A stretch of DNA of 64,000 nt. Origin: an uncultured virus (IMG/VR IMGVR_UViG_3300035539_000076). Lineage: Duplodnaviria > Heunggongvirae > Uroviricota > Caudoviricetes. Location of the stretch: the IMG/VR virus record IMGVR_UViG_3300035539_000076; one strand, written 5' to 3'. Under the pieces are notes generated by a model that did not search any database, was not told where the DNA came from, and saw only the letters and a list, made by a program, of their open reading frames with translations. The translations under genes and the position numbers were made by a program. Below are positions 1 to 8,894 of the stretch, one piece after another; position 1 is the stretch's first letter, and every line of letters begins with the position of its first letter.

Positions 1-2
1 AG

Positions 3-434
3 AAGATAGTAGCTGTTAGTTTAGGGCAGCATCACTCCTCAGCCATAACAGAAACGGGCAAACTCTATACTTGGGGCTTTAATAATTACGGCCAAATTGG
101 TGATGGCACTACAACCAACAGACCTACCCCAACGTTAATAGATGCTTTTGGCGGTGAGAAGATAGTAGCTGTTAGTTTAGGAGGTTTTTGGAATTCTTCG
201 TCTGACAATACATATCACTCATCAGCCATAACAGAGACGGGCAAGCTCTATACTTGGGGTAGAAATCATGTCGGGCAACTTGGGGATGGCACTACAACCA
301 ATATATCTACTCCAACCTTAATAGATGCGACTAGTTTTAGCGGGGAAAACATAGAATTACCTGTTAACAATATGACTACGTTAAAAACTGCTCAAACATT
401 AACCAAGAATGATTTAACACCAATATATAAGTGA
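3..434 (+). CDS. 3' end of RCC1/BLIP-II repeat protein (putative tail receptor-binding protein), 5' truncated by the window
   Basis: Manual translation from nt 3: KIVAVSLGQHHSSAITETGKLYTWGFNNYGQIGDGTTTNRPTPTLIDAFGGE..., TGA at 432-434; same 52-aa repeat as 8895..11399. Confidence 0.85.
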   Translation, partial: KIVAVSLGQHHSSAITETGKLYTWGFNNYGQIGDGTTTNRPTPTLIDAFGGEKIVAVSLGGFWNSSSDNTYHSSAITETGKLYTWGRNHVGQLGDGTTTNISTPTLIDATSFSGENIELPVNNMTTLKTAQTLTKNDLTPIYK

Positions 435-444
435 GGTGTAATTT

Positions 445-2352
445 ATGCCAATAATCGAGTACAGTGAGTTCACGAATATAATAAAACAAGACGAATATAA
501 AGATAGATATGTTTCCTTAAATGAAGATGGAACATTATATATATGGGCGTATGGTGATCCTACGCCCACAGTTTTTGCTACAGATGTAAATGATTTTCAG
601 TCTAACAGCAGAAACATTATAGTGTTTAAAAATGATGACACTATCTGGGTTGAAGGGAACAACGAACATGGGGTTTTATATACAGGAGATTTGTTATCAA
701 TTCCTGAATTGCAACAATTCATCCCCCCTGCTATAGCTCATATCACAAAATACGAAATGGATAGTTTTAATTTATTTGTATATGATAAAGACGATAATGT
801 TTGGGGTATAGGATATAATAATCCAATAGCTAAACTTTGGCCGAATAAATCAGAAGAGTCTATATTAGAATTTACCAAAATAGGTAGGTATGCTTCTATT
901 TCTTGTGGAGAAAAACATATAATTGCTCAAACCCCGGATGGTAGAATTATGGCTAAAGGTAGTAATGAAAATGGAGCACTTGGATTACATAAAGGGCCTA
1001 CTTATACTGCGACAAACTTTGAATATACAGGGATGATAACAGCTAGTTCTTCTAAACCTACAGCTAAATATTCAATAGACTTTCCAGATATAAAATCGAT
1101 TGATCAAATAGAAATGCAATACGGTTCCTCTGTTACTCCTTCTTTGTCTACAACACAATCATCAGTTTTAAATGAAGATTTTATAGATATAACAAATTGG
1201 GATATCACTAATGCCAACGGATTATATACATCAGATGGCAATGCCTTAGTGATAAATAATTCTAACATTGCCGATTCAAATTATTATATTCAAACAAACA
1301 ACTTATATAAACTTCCATTTAGATTGAGAACGTCCTTTGAAATAATACAAGGAATAGAAAATTCGAAGTTTATATTAGAATTTTTAGATAACACAGATAC
1401 TTTAATAGATTCAGTTGACTTAACATTAGATAAAAATGAAATGGGAGATACAAGTAGAATATTTAACAAGTACAATTATGGCGTTATCCCTGCAGGGATT
1501 ATTTCTTTAGAAGCTCATATAAGCTCATATAAGCAATTCTTTTTTATATATAATGAGAATGGTGTAGAACTATTCAAAACATCAACAGAAAGGCTTATAA
1601 CATCTAATATAAAGCTCAGGCTGAAGATAGTGGCTGCAGATAACAGTAAAGTGTTTTATATGATTATGGATAAAATGTTTGCAAAACAGGAGAATAGAAA
1701 CCTTAGGTTCAATGAAGATTTTTTATATAAAGTGGAAAAAGATTCAAACGGCAATATAAAAACTGATTGGAAACGTTTAAACCTCAATGATGTGAACTTT
1801 AAAGTTTTAAATAGTGACACTATGGTGGAAGTTGATTTTGATGTAGATAAAAAGAAAGAAGCTATTAAAATTAAAGAGCTTTCTACAACTCAATACTATT
1901 ATTTGAAATTATCAGCTCCACAAAATAAACCACATACTGATATTCCTGAAAATGTCACAACAGTTATTCCAGAAACTGTAGCGGTGACAGAAGAAATGCT
2001 TATGTATCCTTATGGCGGTAACACTTATAAGATATCCGGATACATGGAAAGCTCTAATTATGAAAGACCTATTATATTGGAATATGATTCAGTTGAGAAA
2101 GAATTGAAAATCAGGCAATGGCGATTCCCTGGCAAATTGGTAGATTTAAAAAACTTAACGAATATAGGCGCAAATGATAAAATAATAATAGGTAATAAAG
2201 AAACAACTATTGAACAGTATTGGCTAGAATATGCCAAAGTAAATAGTTATGTTAAATTACCTATCAGAAATGAAGAGTATGTTCCACTAACAGTTAAAAG
2301 AATTAGTATGGACAAATCTGAAGATAGTCAGATTTTTATTGACTTCGATTAA
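445..2352 (+). CDS. Putative tail protein with degenerate N-terminal RCC1-like repeats
   Basis: SD GAGGTG; motifs WVEGNNEHGVL, ISCGEKHII...KGSNENGALG; structural context. Confidence 0.6.
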   Translation: MPIIEYSEFTNIIKQDEYKDRYVSLNEDGTLYIWAYGDPTPTVFATDVNDFQSNSRNIIVFKNDDTIWVEGNNEHGVLYTGDLLSIPELQQFIPPAIAHITKYEMDSFNLFVYDKDDNVWGIGYNNPIAKLWPNKSEESILEFTKIGRYASISCGEKHIIAQTPDGRIMAKGSNENGALGLHKGPTYTATNFEYTGMITASSSKPTAKYSIDFPDIKSIDQIEMQYGSSVTPSLSTTQSSVLNEDFIDITNWDITNANGLYTSDGNALVINNSNIADSNYYIQTNNLYKLPFRLRTSFEIIQGIENSKFILEFLDNTDTLIDSVDLTLDKNEMGDTSRIFNKYNYGVIPAGIISLEAHISSYKQFFFIYNENGVELFKTSTERLITSNIKLRLKIVAADNSKVFYMIMDKMFAKQENRNLRFNEDFLYKVEKDSNGNIKTDWKRLNLNDVNFKVLNSDTMVEVDFDVDKKKEAIKIKELSTTQYYYLKLSAPQNKPHTDIPENVTTVIPETVAVTEEMLMYPYGGNTYKISGYMESSNYERPIILEYDSVEKELKIRQWRFPGKLVDLKNLTNIGANDKIIIGNKETTIEQYWLEYAKVNSYVKLPIRNEEYVPLTVKRISMDKSEDSQIFIDFD

Positions 2353-2367
2353 ACGAGGTGTTTATAA

Positions 2368-2955
2368 ATGTTCACAACAAATAGATTGAATAAATTAGTA
2401 TTAGAAGATAAAGAGATTCCAGTTGGGAGTAATGTTTTGTACATTGCTCCTTCTGAAGTTCTGAATGTAGAAGGTTTAGTGACTATAAATTCCACCGATT
2501 ATTTTTTTAAAAATATGTATGGAGTAGAGGCTATTCCTAGAATGGGAGAGGTAGATGCCGTTATAACTTCATCAGATAATAGGGTAGATGTAGTTGTTAT
2601 GGAAAGATATACAGAAAAATCAAAAGATAATGACTTATTTGAAATATTAGAAGCAACAAATGGACAAAAAATATTGGGATTGCAAGAAGACCTTGAAGCT
2701 AAATATTACGGACATTGTGAGAATAATATTTATGAGCAAGGCTCGGGATTACAGTATTGTTCTAAAGGAAGATTGGAATTTCAAACTACCAAATGTAATG
2801 CGAATTGCCCTTTTTATAAACAACAAAAGATAATGTTGGAAAATAATTTGAATGCTGGGATATATTCAACACCATTTGACATAAAAAATCTTTCTACAGA
2901 AAATAATCCTACTGAGGGGTTGTCTTCCTTTATAGTTAGAGGAGTTATCCTATAA
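2368..2955 (+). CDS. Hypothetical virion-module protein with a Cys cluster (C...C...C-x3-CPFY)
   Basis: 195 aa, SD GAGGTG, operon context. Confidence 0.6.
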   Translation: MFTTNRLNKLVLEDKEIPVGSNVLYIAPSEVLNVEGLVTINSTDYFFKNMYGVEAIPRMGEVDAVITSSDNRVDVVVMERYTEKSKDNDLFEILEATNGQKILGLQEDLEAKYYGHCENNIYEQGSGLQYCSKGRLEFQTTKCNANCPFYKQQKIMLENNLNAGIYSTPFDIKNLSTENNPTEGLSSFIVRGVIL

Positions 2956-4775
2956 TGCCTTATAATTATATTGGAATTAGCAATCCAGTTAATTATTATC
3001 AAAAGAAATATATACAAAGTATTCCTGTAAATAACAATGTTAAATATTATTCATACAATTATGTATCTATAAAAAACAAAGTTGTATATAGCACAGTCAA
3101 TAAAAGAGGGAATTCTTTTTTAAAAGTTAAAACACAAGGTTATAACATAACACCTGATCCAAACAATCCAGAGTCTTATAACTGGATTTCTTTTTCATTA
3201 CCTATAGTAACTGAAGCTGGTGCGAATGTTTATTCAAAATTAGATTTAAATAATATACAAACTTTTTATAATTATGTCAGAGTTTCCCCTAACCCTCAAG
3301 AAGAACTAAAAATGCCAAGAATACAGAGCATGTTGGAATTATCTGCTATAGAAAAAGATATACCCACTCCTTCTGAAACAACAATCAAACAATTAGAAGA
3401 ATTTAAAATTGGGGATAGTGTTTCTAAATTAACAGTAGCTGCTTTGAGAGTGTTTATAGAATATTTCTATAACATGTATGATTTAGGAGATCCTTTTCAA
3501 TATGATGAACTATTAGGCAACGTGTATAACATTTATAAAGATGAAGATAATTTGCAAAATATAGATTATGATACGGCTATAGGTTGGTTTAATTCTATAT
3601 TAACTAAAAACAATGATGCTTTAAAGAAAGTGTTTAATGTAATACAAGAAGAAGAAACTATAATAGAAAAAGGATTATTTAATATTTTATCTGGATTAAA
3701 ACATACTTCCAATAATGCATATTTCAACTTCTTGTTTGCAATGAAAAGAAGTTTAGATAAGACTATATCAAATTATTTAAGCACTTCTGATTTGGGAACT
3801 TTTGGGAAGGTTATACATTATATGGTAAACAATTCCTTTGGAAAGAGTTTTTTTATCATGAATAAGATGATAACTTCTGTTGTGGCTGATGAAAAATACG
3901 TGTTTAACTATTTAATGGCTAATGATATGAGACGAGATTCTGTAACGGAAAAATATATAGCTTTTAATAGAGTCAAATCATTAGCTACTGTAGAAAATAA
4001 TATATCTCCTAGTTCTTTATCCTCTTACAGACATTTAGGTCTAAGTGAAACTCTTATGGCACTTGAAAATCCATCTAATAGAAATGTGAATACGTTTATA
4101 TTTACAAACCAAATGGATGTTTTTAGGCAAATGTTATCTGATATACAGTTTGTTACCAATGATATTTCTAGAAAAACTGATAAGCTATTAATTTATAATG
4201 ATTCCAATTTAAATTATTCTTCTAAAAACTTTTTGATTAATCAAAATAGGAAATATAAATACGAATCTCTAACAAGAATAATAGATAGATTATCTTCGAG
4301 TATAGGTAATATGATACCGGATGTTATTCCAATGTTATACAAAAATATAGAAAAAGATGTTAAATTAACAAAATATAATTGGGTGAGAATAAATGCTAAA
4401 GCGTTTCTAAAAACTGATAAAGCATTTAACTGGATAAGGGTGATAACTCAGGCTACAAAGTATTATTACAATTATGTCAGGATTAGTTCTATGAAATATT
4501 GTCAACAACCTATACATGGTATAAGATATTTGATTTTCCCTTATAAAAAATGTGCTGACGTGACCAATGAAAAACTGAGAATTAAAGCTAAATTGTTCAC
4601 GGGGGAAACAATAACTTTCGATGTTAGGGTTCATAAATTAGGTAAGATAGTAGAATCGTTTGAAAATATAGAAAATAAAATAAACCATAAAATTGTTTTG
4701 AAAAGTAATACTAAAGGTTTCATTCCTGAATTCCCTGCTATATATTTAAAAGTGATGGACGGTGATGTACTATGA
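2955..4775 (+). CDS. Hypothetical virion-module protein
   Basis: 606 aa, TAATG coupling with upstream gene, repeated YNYV/YNWVR motifs. Confidence 0.65.
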   Translation: MPYNYIGISNPVNYYQKKYIQSIPVNNNVKYYSYNYVSIKNKVVYSTVNKRGNSFLKVKTQGYNITPDPNNPESYNWISFSLPIVTEAGANVYSKLDLNNIQTFYNYVRVSPNPQEELKMPRIQSMLELSAIEKDIPTPSETTIKQLEEFKIGDSVSKLTVAALRVFIEYFYNMYDLGDPFQYDELLGNVYNIYKDEDNLQNIDYDTAIGWFNSILTKNNDALKKVFNVIQEEETIIEKGLFNILSGLKHTSNNAYFNFLFAMKRSLDKTISNYLSTSDLGTFGKVIHYMVNNSFGKSFFIMNKMITSVVADEKYVFNYLMANDMRRDSVTEKYIAFNRVKSLATVENNISPSSLSSYRHLGLSETLMALENPSNRNVNTFIFTNQMDVFRQMLSDIQFVTNDISRKTDKLLIYNDSNLNYSSKNFLINQNRKYKYESLTRIIDRLSSSIGNMIPDVIPMLYKNIEKDVKLTKYNWVRINAKAFLKTDKAFNWIRVITQATKYYYNYVRISSMKYCQQPIHGIRYLIFPYKKCADVTNEKLRIKAKLFTGETITFDVRVHKLGKIVESFENIENKINHKIVLKSNTKGFIPEFPAIYLKVMDGDVL

Positions 4776-5779
4776 GTTATAGAGATATATTCAAACACTA
4801 TACAAGATTTAAACTGTCTAATGGTAGAAAGTTAAGAAAAATAGATAATTACTGTTATTTGGATTTATCGTCAGTTAATATTGATCCGGCTAACTATAAT
4901 CTATTAGATGATGGATTGTATAACTTGAAATTAACGAAGAATTTGGATGTGGTTTTTTTAGCACCGACACTTAGATTTTTCGACCCAAGTCCTTATAAGG
5001 TTATGATGTTGGATATCTTTAATGATTTTGTAGTTAGTATGGAAGATATTCCACCTGGCTCATTTAATCCGACATATAGAGCTATTTCATGGAATACAAG
5101 TATAAGTGATCCAGGTGTGTATTATACGAGCAGTTATACCCCGTTAGACGAAAATAGTACTAATAATATATTTGGGGAATTTTATGGTTCTTTTGATTAT
5201 AATGGCAGGAGATATTTAGGTGATGGTAAATATTTTTATCAATATTTAGAGATGATATTAGATTCTTATCCCAAAACAAATAATAGAGTTGTGTTAAACT
5301 ATTTTACACCTATGGCATGGGTAGATCATACCGTGGCAGAATGGAGCGATTTAGCAACGAGGCTGAGAGATGCTGGATATATTTTTAATATTTTTGATTT
5401 TGATGATCCTGATGTATCTAACTTAGACATCTCTGTTTATAGGCAAAAAGTATCTGCAATTACCACAATTACAGGCGGAAAAAGATATAATATAAACGAC
5501 GGTTATAATACCCATAAACAAGAAATATTTGACGCAGCTTTGTTGTATTTAGATGGAGTTGTAGGTTTCCAAACTCATAAATTGTTCTCAGAAAACTTAG
5601 AAGTAGTCATTGCCGATGAAATAGGTAATATCCAATTTTCAGGAACTATGGTTTCGAAGGATGGCTATGCAGCAATTACTCTTCCTGGTTTTTTAAATGG
5701 TATGACAGGTAAGATGAAGATATTTTATGAAGGTTCAAATATATTAATAAAAGAATATGATGTTTATATTAATAGTTAA
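4772..5779 (+). CDS. Hypothetical virion-module protein
   Basis: 335 aa, ATGA overlap with upstream gene. Confidence 0.65.
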   Translation: MSYRDIFKHYTRFKLSNGRKLRKIDNYCYLDLSSVNIDPANYNLLDDGLYNLKLTKNLDVVFLAPTLRFFDPSPYKVMMLDIFNDFVVSMEDIPPGSFNPTYRAISWNTSISDPGVYYTSSYTPLDENSTNNIFGEFYGSFDYNGRRYLGDGKYFYQYLEMILDSYPKTNNRVVLNYFTPMAWVDHTVAEWSDLATRLRDAGYIFNIFDFDDPDVSNLDISVYRQKVSAITTITGGKRYNINDGYNTHKQEIFDAALLYLDGVVGFQTHKLFSENLEVVIADEIGNIQFSGTMVSKDGYAAITLPGFLNGMTGKMKIFYEGSNILIKEYDVYINS

Positions 5780-5784
5780 GAGAG

Positions 5785-7548
5785 GTGAACATAATGGCAA
5801 TAGCAATATTAAATGAATCCAAACAAGTCACTTATGATACTCATGGCAGAATTATAGGTGCTGGTAATGGACAGGCGAAAATATCAGTTATAGATAAAGA
5901 TGGGAACACTAAAACAATAACTGGCATAACTGACACAAATCATGTAATAGAAGAAATGATTATCCCAATAACGCCTTATACTAATAACAAAAGTGTTGTT
6001 GCTTTCAATAACAGTAGAGAATTAGCGTTAGATAACGTGACGGGTATGAAGCCTCAGGATGTGGTTCAAATCTCACCTGTTGTTGGAGGAACTAAGCCAG
6101 ATGATTTAGGTGGAGGAACTTGGGATATAACAGAAATACCCGATTATACTTATTATGGGATTATAGAAGAAGTTGGGCTTGGAATAGTTAGTTTTAGATT
6201 GCCTATTCTAAACGCAAAGATATATCCAGGATTTGAAATATCAAAAACAAATAAAACAGGTATTTATAAAGTTAATGTAGAAGTTAAAGAACCCGATTTT
6301 GAAGAAGGAGATAAAATCATAATAGATGTTGTGAATGGTGATGTAAGGCTCATGAGAAGCCGAGCTGTTGCTCATGTTAGAATAAGTTTTAACGATAGAG
6401 TTTTACAGTTTTCCAGAAGCTTCTATAACATGGAAATGAGAGTCAATGATATATATGAAAATACAACAAGATCTATAACTATAAATCCTTATGATAATCA
6501 AGTTTATACAGCTAAATTGTTATCGTTTTTAGTTGAATATGATCAAGATATATCTAAACCAAAAATAACATATACCGATCCTAATGAGCCTAAATGGGCA
6601 GCTACTATGATTAGGAGAAAGATGACTGATTATCCACAAGGTATTCAAGATGGATATTTGGTATCTGAAACGGAAGAAAAAAATAAATATTCTGTAGCTC
6701 CTTTGGTTGATGATTTCCAAGTTGAAGATGGAGATACAGTATTTTATACAGCATTTCCTAAAAATACAAAAGATGTATATAATGTTTTATTGCCTGAAGA
6801 AAATTTATTTAAACTGATAGTTGCAAATGTTATTAATCAGGATATAGAAACAGGAATAGGCCATACAGTTGAGTTGACAACATCTGGTGAAGTTTATACC
6901 GAAGGAGATAATGACTACGGCCAACTAGGTCAAGGAATTAGTGATGCCACTGGTACATCTACTCTTATAAACGGCATAGGTGAACTAGGCGCTTCTGAAA
7001 AAGTTAAAAAGATCAAAGCGATGGATTATTCAACTATGCTCATGACCGAAGCCAGTTTGGTTTATGTATTTGGTAGAAACGATAGAGGACAGTTAGGTGT
7101 TGCTAGTTCTTCAAATTCTCCAGTAGAGAATACAGAATTTACAGGTGTTGCCAGAACAATAGCGGCTGGAGCTAACACTGGATATGTTGTGAAGACAGAT
7201 GGAACTGTATGGAGTTTTGGTGCTAATGATATGGGACAAGCTGGTATATCTGGTGGTTCTGATATCACTGTACCTACCCAAATTGCTGGTGATTTAACAG
7301 GTGTTAATATATTGAAAATAGCGGCTGATGCTAACCATGCAGTTGCTTTAGATGACCAAGGCTATGTATATACTTGGGGTGAAAATGTGTATCAGTTAGA
7401 AATAGAATCTGCTGTACCTGTTTATATAGAAGAACCGGTTAAATTACAGGCTGATTTATCTGGTGTGGATGTTCTTGATATATCTGCCGATACAAATTCT
7501 ATATTAGCTTTATCTAGAGAACGCGATGCTTACGCTTGGACTAATTAA
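5785..7548 (+). CDS. Multidomain tail protein: N-terminal domain paralogous to 12189..12995, central RRKxxxYP domain, C-terminal RCC1 repeats
   Basis: AILNESKQV..KISVIDKDGNTKTITGITDT matches IALNESKRV..SVRVQDKDDTVNKTITGLTDT; RCC1 motifs GDNDYGQLG, FGRNDRGQLG, FGANDMGQAG; start more likely ATG 5794. Confidence 0.7.
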   Translation: MNIMAIAILNESKQVTYDTHGRIIGAGNGQAKISVIDKDGNTKTITGITDTNHVIEEMIIPITPYTNNKSVVAFNNSRELALDNVTGMKPQDVVQISPVVGGTKPDDLGGGTWDITEIPDYTYYGIIEEVGLGIVSFRLPILNAKIYPGFEISKTNKTGIYKVNVEVKEPDFEEGDKIIIDVVNGDVRLMRSRAVAHVRISFNDRVLQFSRSFYNMEMRVNDIYENTTRSITINPYDNQVYTAKLLSFLVEYDQDISKPKITYTDPNEPKWAATMIRRKMTDYPQGIQDGYLVSETEEKNKYSVAPLVDDFQVEDGDTVFYTAFPKNTKDVYNVLLPEENLFKLIVANVINQDIETGIGHTVELTTSGEVYTEGDNDYGQLGQGISDATGTSTLINGIGELGASEKVKKIKAMDYSTMLMTEASLVYVFGRNDRGQLGVASSSNSPVENTEFTGVARTIAAGANTGYVVKTDGTVWSFGANDMGQAGISGGSDITVPTQIAGDLTGVNILKIAADANHAVALDDQGYVYTWGENVYQLEIESAVPVYIEEPVKLQADLSGVDVLDISADTNSILALSRERDAYAWTN

Positions 7549-7560
7549 GGTGGTGTTGAC

Positions 7561-8310
7561 ATGAGTGGAGGATTCGTAAAGATATCCGGTATAGAAAACG
7601 CTAAATCGATAAAAAATGGCTTTGTTTTGACTAATAAAGGGGAACTGTTTGCAGCGGTTTCCCCTACCAACATAATATCTACAACTAATAAACAGATAGA
7701 GATATTTTCTTTTTCAAAAAGTGGTTTGATAGTTAAAGATACGAATAAAGAATTAGAAATAATAGATAAAAACTTTGATCCTAATGCCGATCCTTATGAG
7801 GGGTTAGTTAATAACTTTGTTATCAAACAATATTTTAACGACAATGGAGGGCTAGCTTACATATATTTTCAAAACCCTGATGATCCTACCTGGAACTTCT
7901 CTGAAATCAGGAGAAAGTTAGGTTCATATCCTCAGAATAGAGATGATGGTGATTTTGTTGCTAAAGTATATAAAAATGGATTGGTGAAAGTGGAAGATAC
8001 AGACCCAATCTTCACAGATATTAATAGTAGTGATAAATATTTTTACACAGTTTTTCCAGTAAACAATGAATTCGTTGCTTCTGTAGGACATCCAGAAAAT
8101 GAAGGTGTAAACTCTTATATATTTTTAAAACCTAAATTCGAACAGTATGAAATTTCCTTGGATAACCCATTGGACAAAGAGATGTTGAATTACACTTTAG
8201 AATTACAATTATCTTCTGATACAGTTAGCAATGAATTTGATAAATTTGAAATTAATGTGATAAACAATGATGCACAGATTGAAAATCCACAACTAATACT
8301 TAATTTTTAG
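7561..8310 (+). CDS. Putative tail-associated protein
   Basis: Shares DPxWxxxxIRRKxxxYPQxxxDG..FYTxFP with 5785 ORF and C-terminal EFDKFEI..PQLxLxF with 8324 ORF. Confidence 0.65.
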   Translation: MSGGFVKISGIENAKSIKNGFVLTNKGELFAAVSPTNIISTTNKQIEIFSFSKSGLIVKDTNKELEIIDKNFDPNADPYEGLVNNFVIKQYFNDNGGLAYIYFQNPDDPTWNFSEIRRKLGSYPQNRDDGDFVAKVYKNGLVKVEDTDPIFTDINSSDKYFYTVFPVNNEFVASVGHPENEGVNSYIFLKPKFEQYEISLDNPLDKEMLNYTLELQLSSDTVSNEFDKFEINVINNDAQIENPQLILNF

Positions 8311-8323
8311 GGAGGTAATAATT

Positions 8324-8881
8324 ATGGCTTGGAATGTATTGTTACCTCAAACAAATTATGCAAATCCTTTTGTTATTGAAAGGGATTCTAGTGACAGTTA
8401 TTATTGTAATTTTTTGTTTGAAGATATAAATGGGAATGAAATAGATTTTTGGATAAAAGATATAGATTCAAAGGAAATAGTTTTGTTTCCTGAAAAACTG
8501 CCAACGGGAGTAACTAAATATTATCTAAAACCACATCCGTTAAACAGAAATTATGGCCGTGGTAATGAACCAGCGACAATCCCTGGCAGATATAAATATA
8601 CAGTTCCAGTTTTTGATCAGCAAAAGTCTACTGCGAATTATGAGGGTTTAAATGTTGTTGTCGGTACAGAAGAATTACCTATAACCAAACCTACAGTAAC
8701 AGAATTTGATAAATATGAAATCAATATAGATTCGAGTAGTTTTTCAGGTCTGCTTCATTATAGGTTGAAGATACAATTGGGTACTGCCACTATAGGGGTA
8801 TCTGAGTTTGACAAATTCGAGATAGTTGTTAATAATCCAGAGGTGACTGTAGAAAAACCACAGTTATTACTACAATTTTAA
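8324..8881 (+). CDS. Putative tail adaptor protein; N-terminal ~70 aa paralogous to the 8895 ORF
   Basis: YYCNFLFEDxNGNEIDFWI in both; SD GGAGGT. Confidence 0.65.
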   Translation: MAWNVLLPQTNYANPFVIERDSSDSYYCNFLFEDINGNEIDFWIKDIDSKEIVLFPEKLPTGVTKYYLKPHPLNRNYGRGNEPATIPGRYKYTVPVFDQQKSTANYEGLNVVVGTEELPITKPTVTEFDKYEINIDSSSFSGLLHYRLKIQLGTATIGVSEFDKFEIVVNNPEVTVEKPQLLLQF

Positions 8882-8894
8882 GAGGTGATATTGA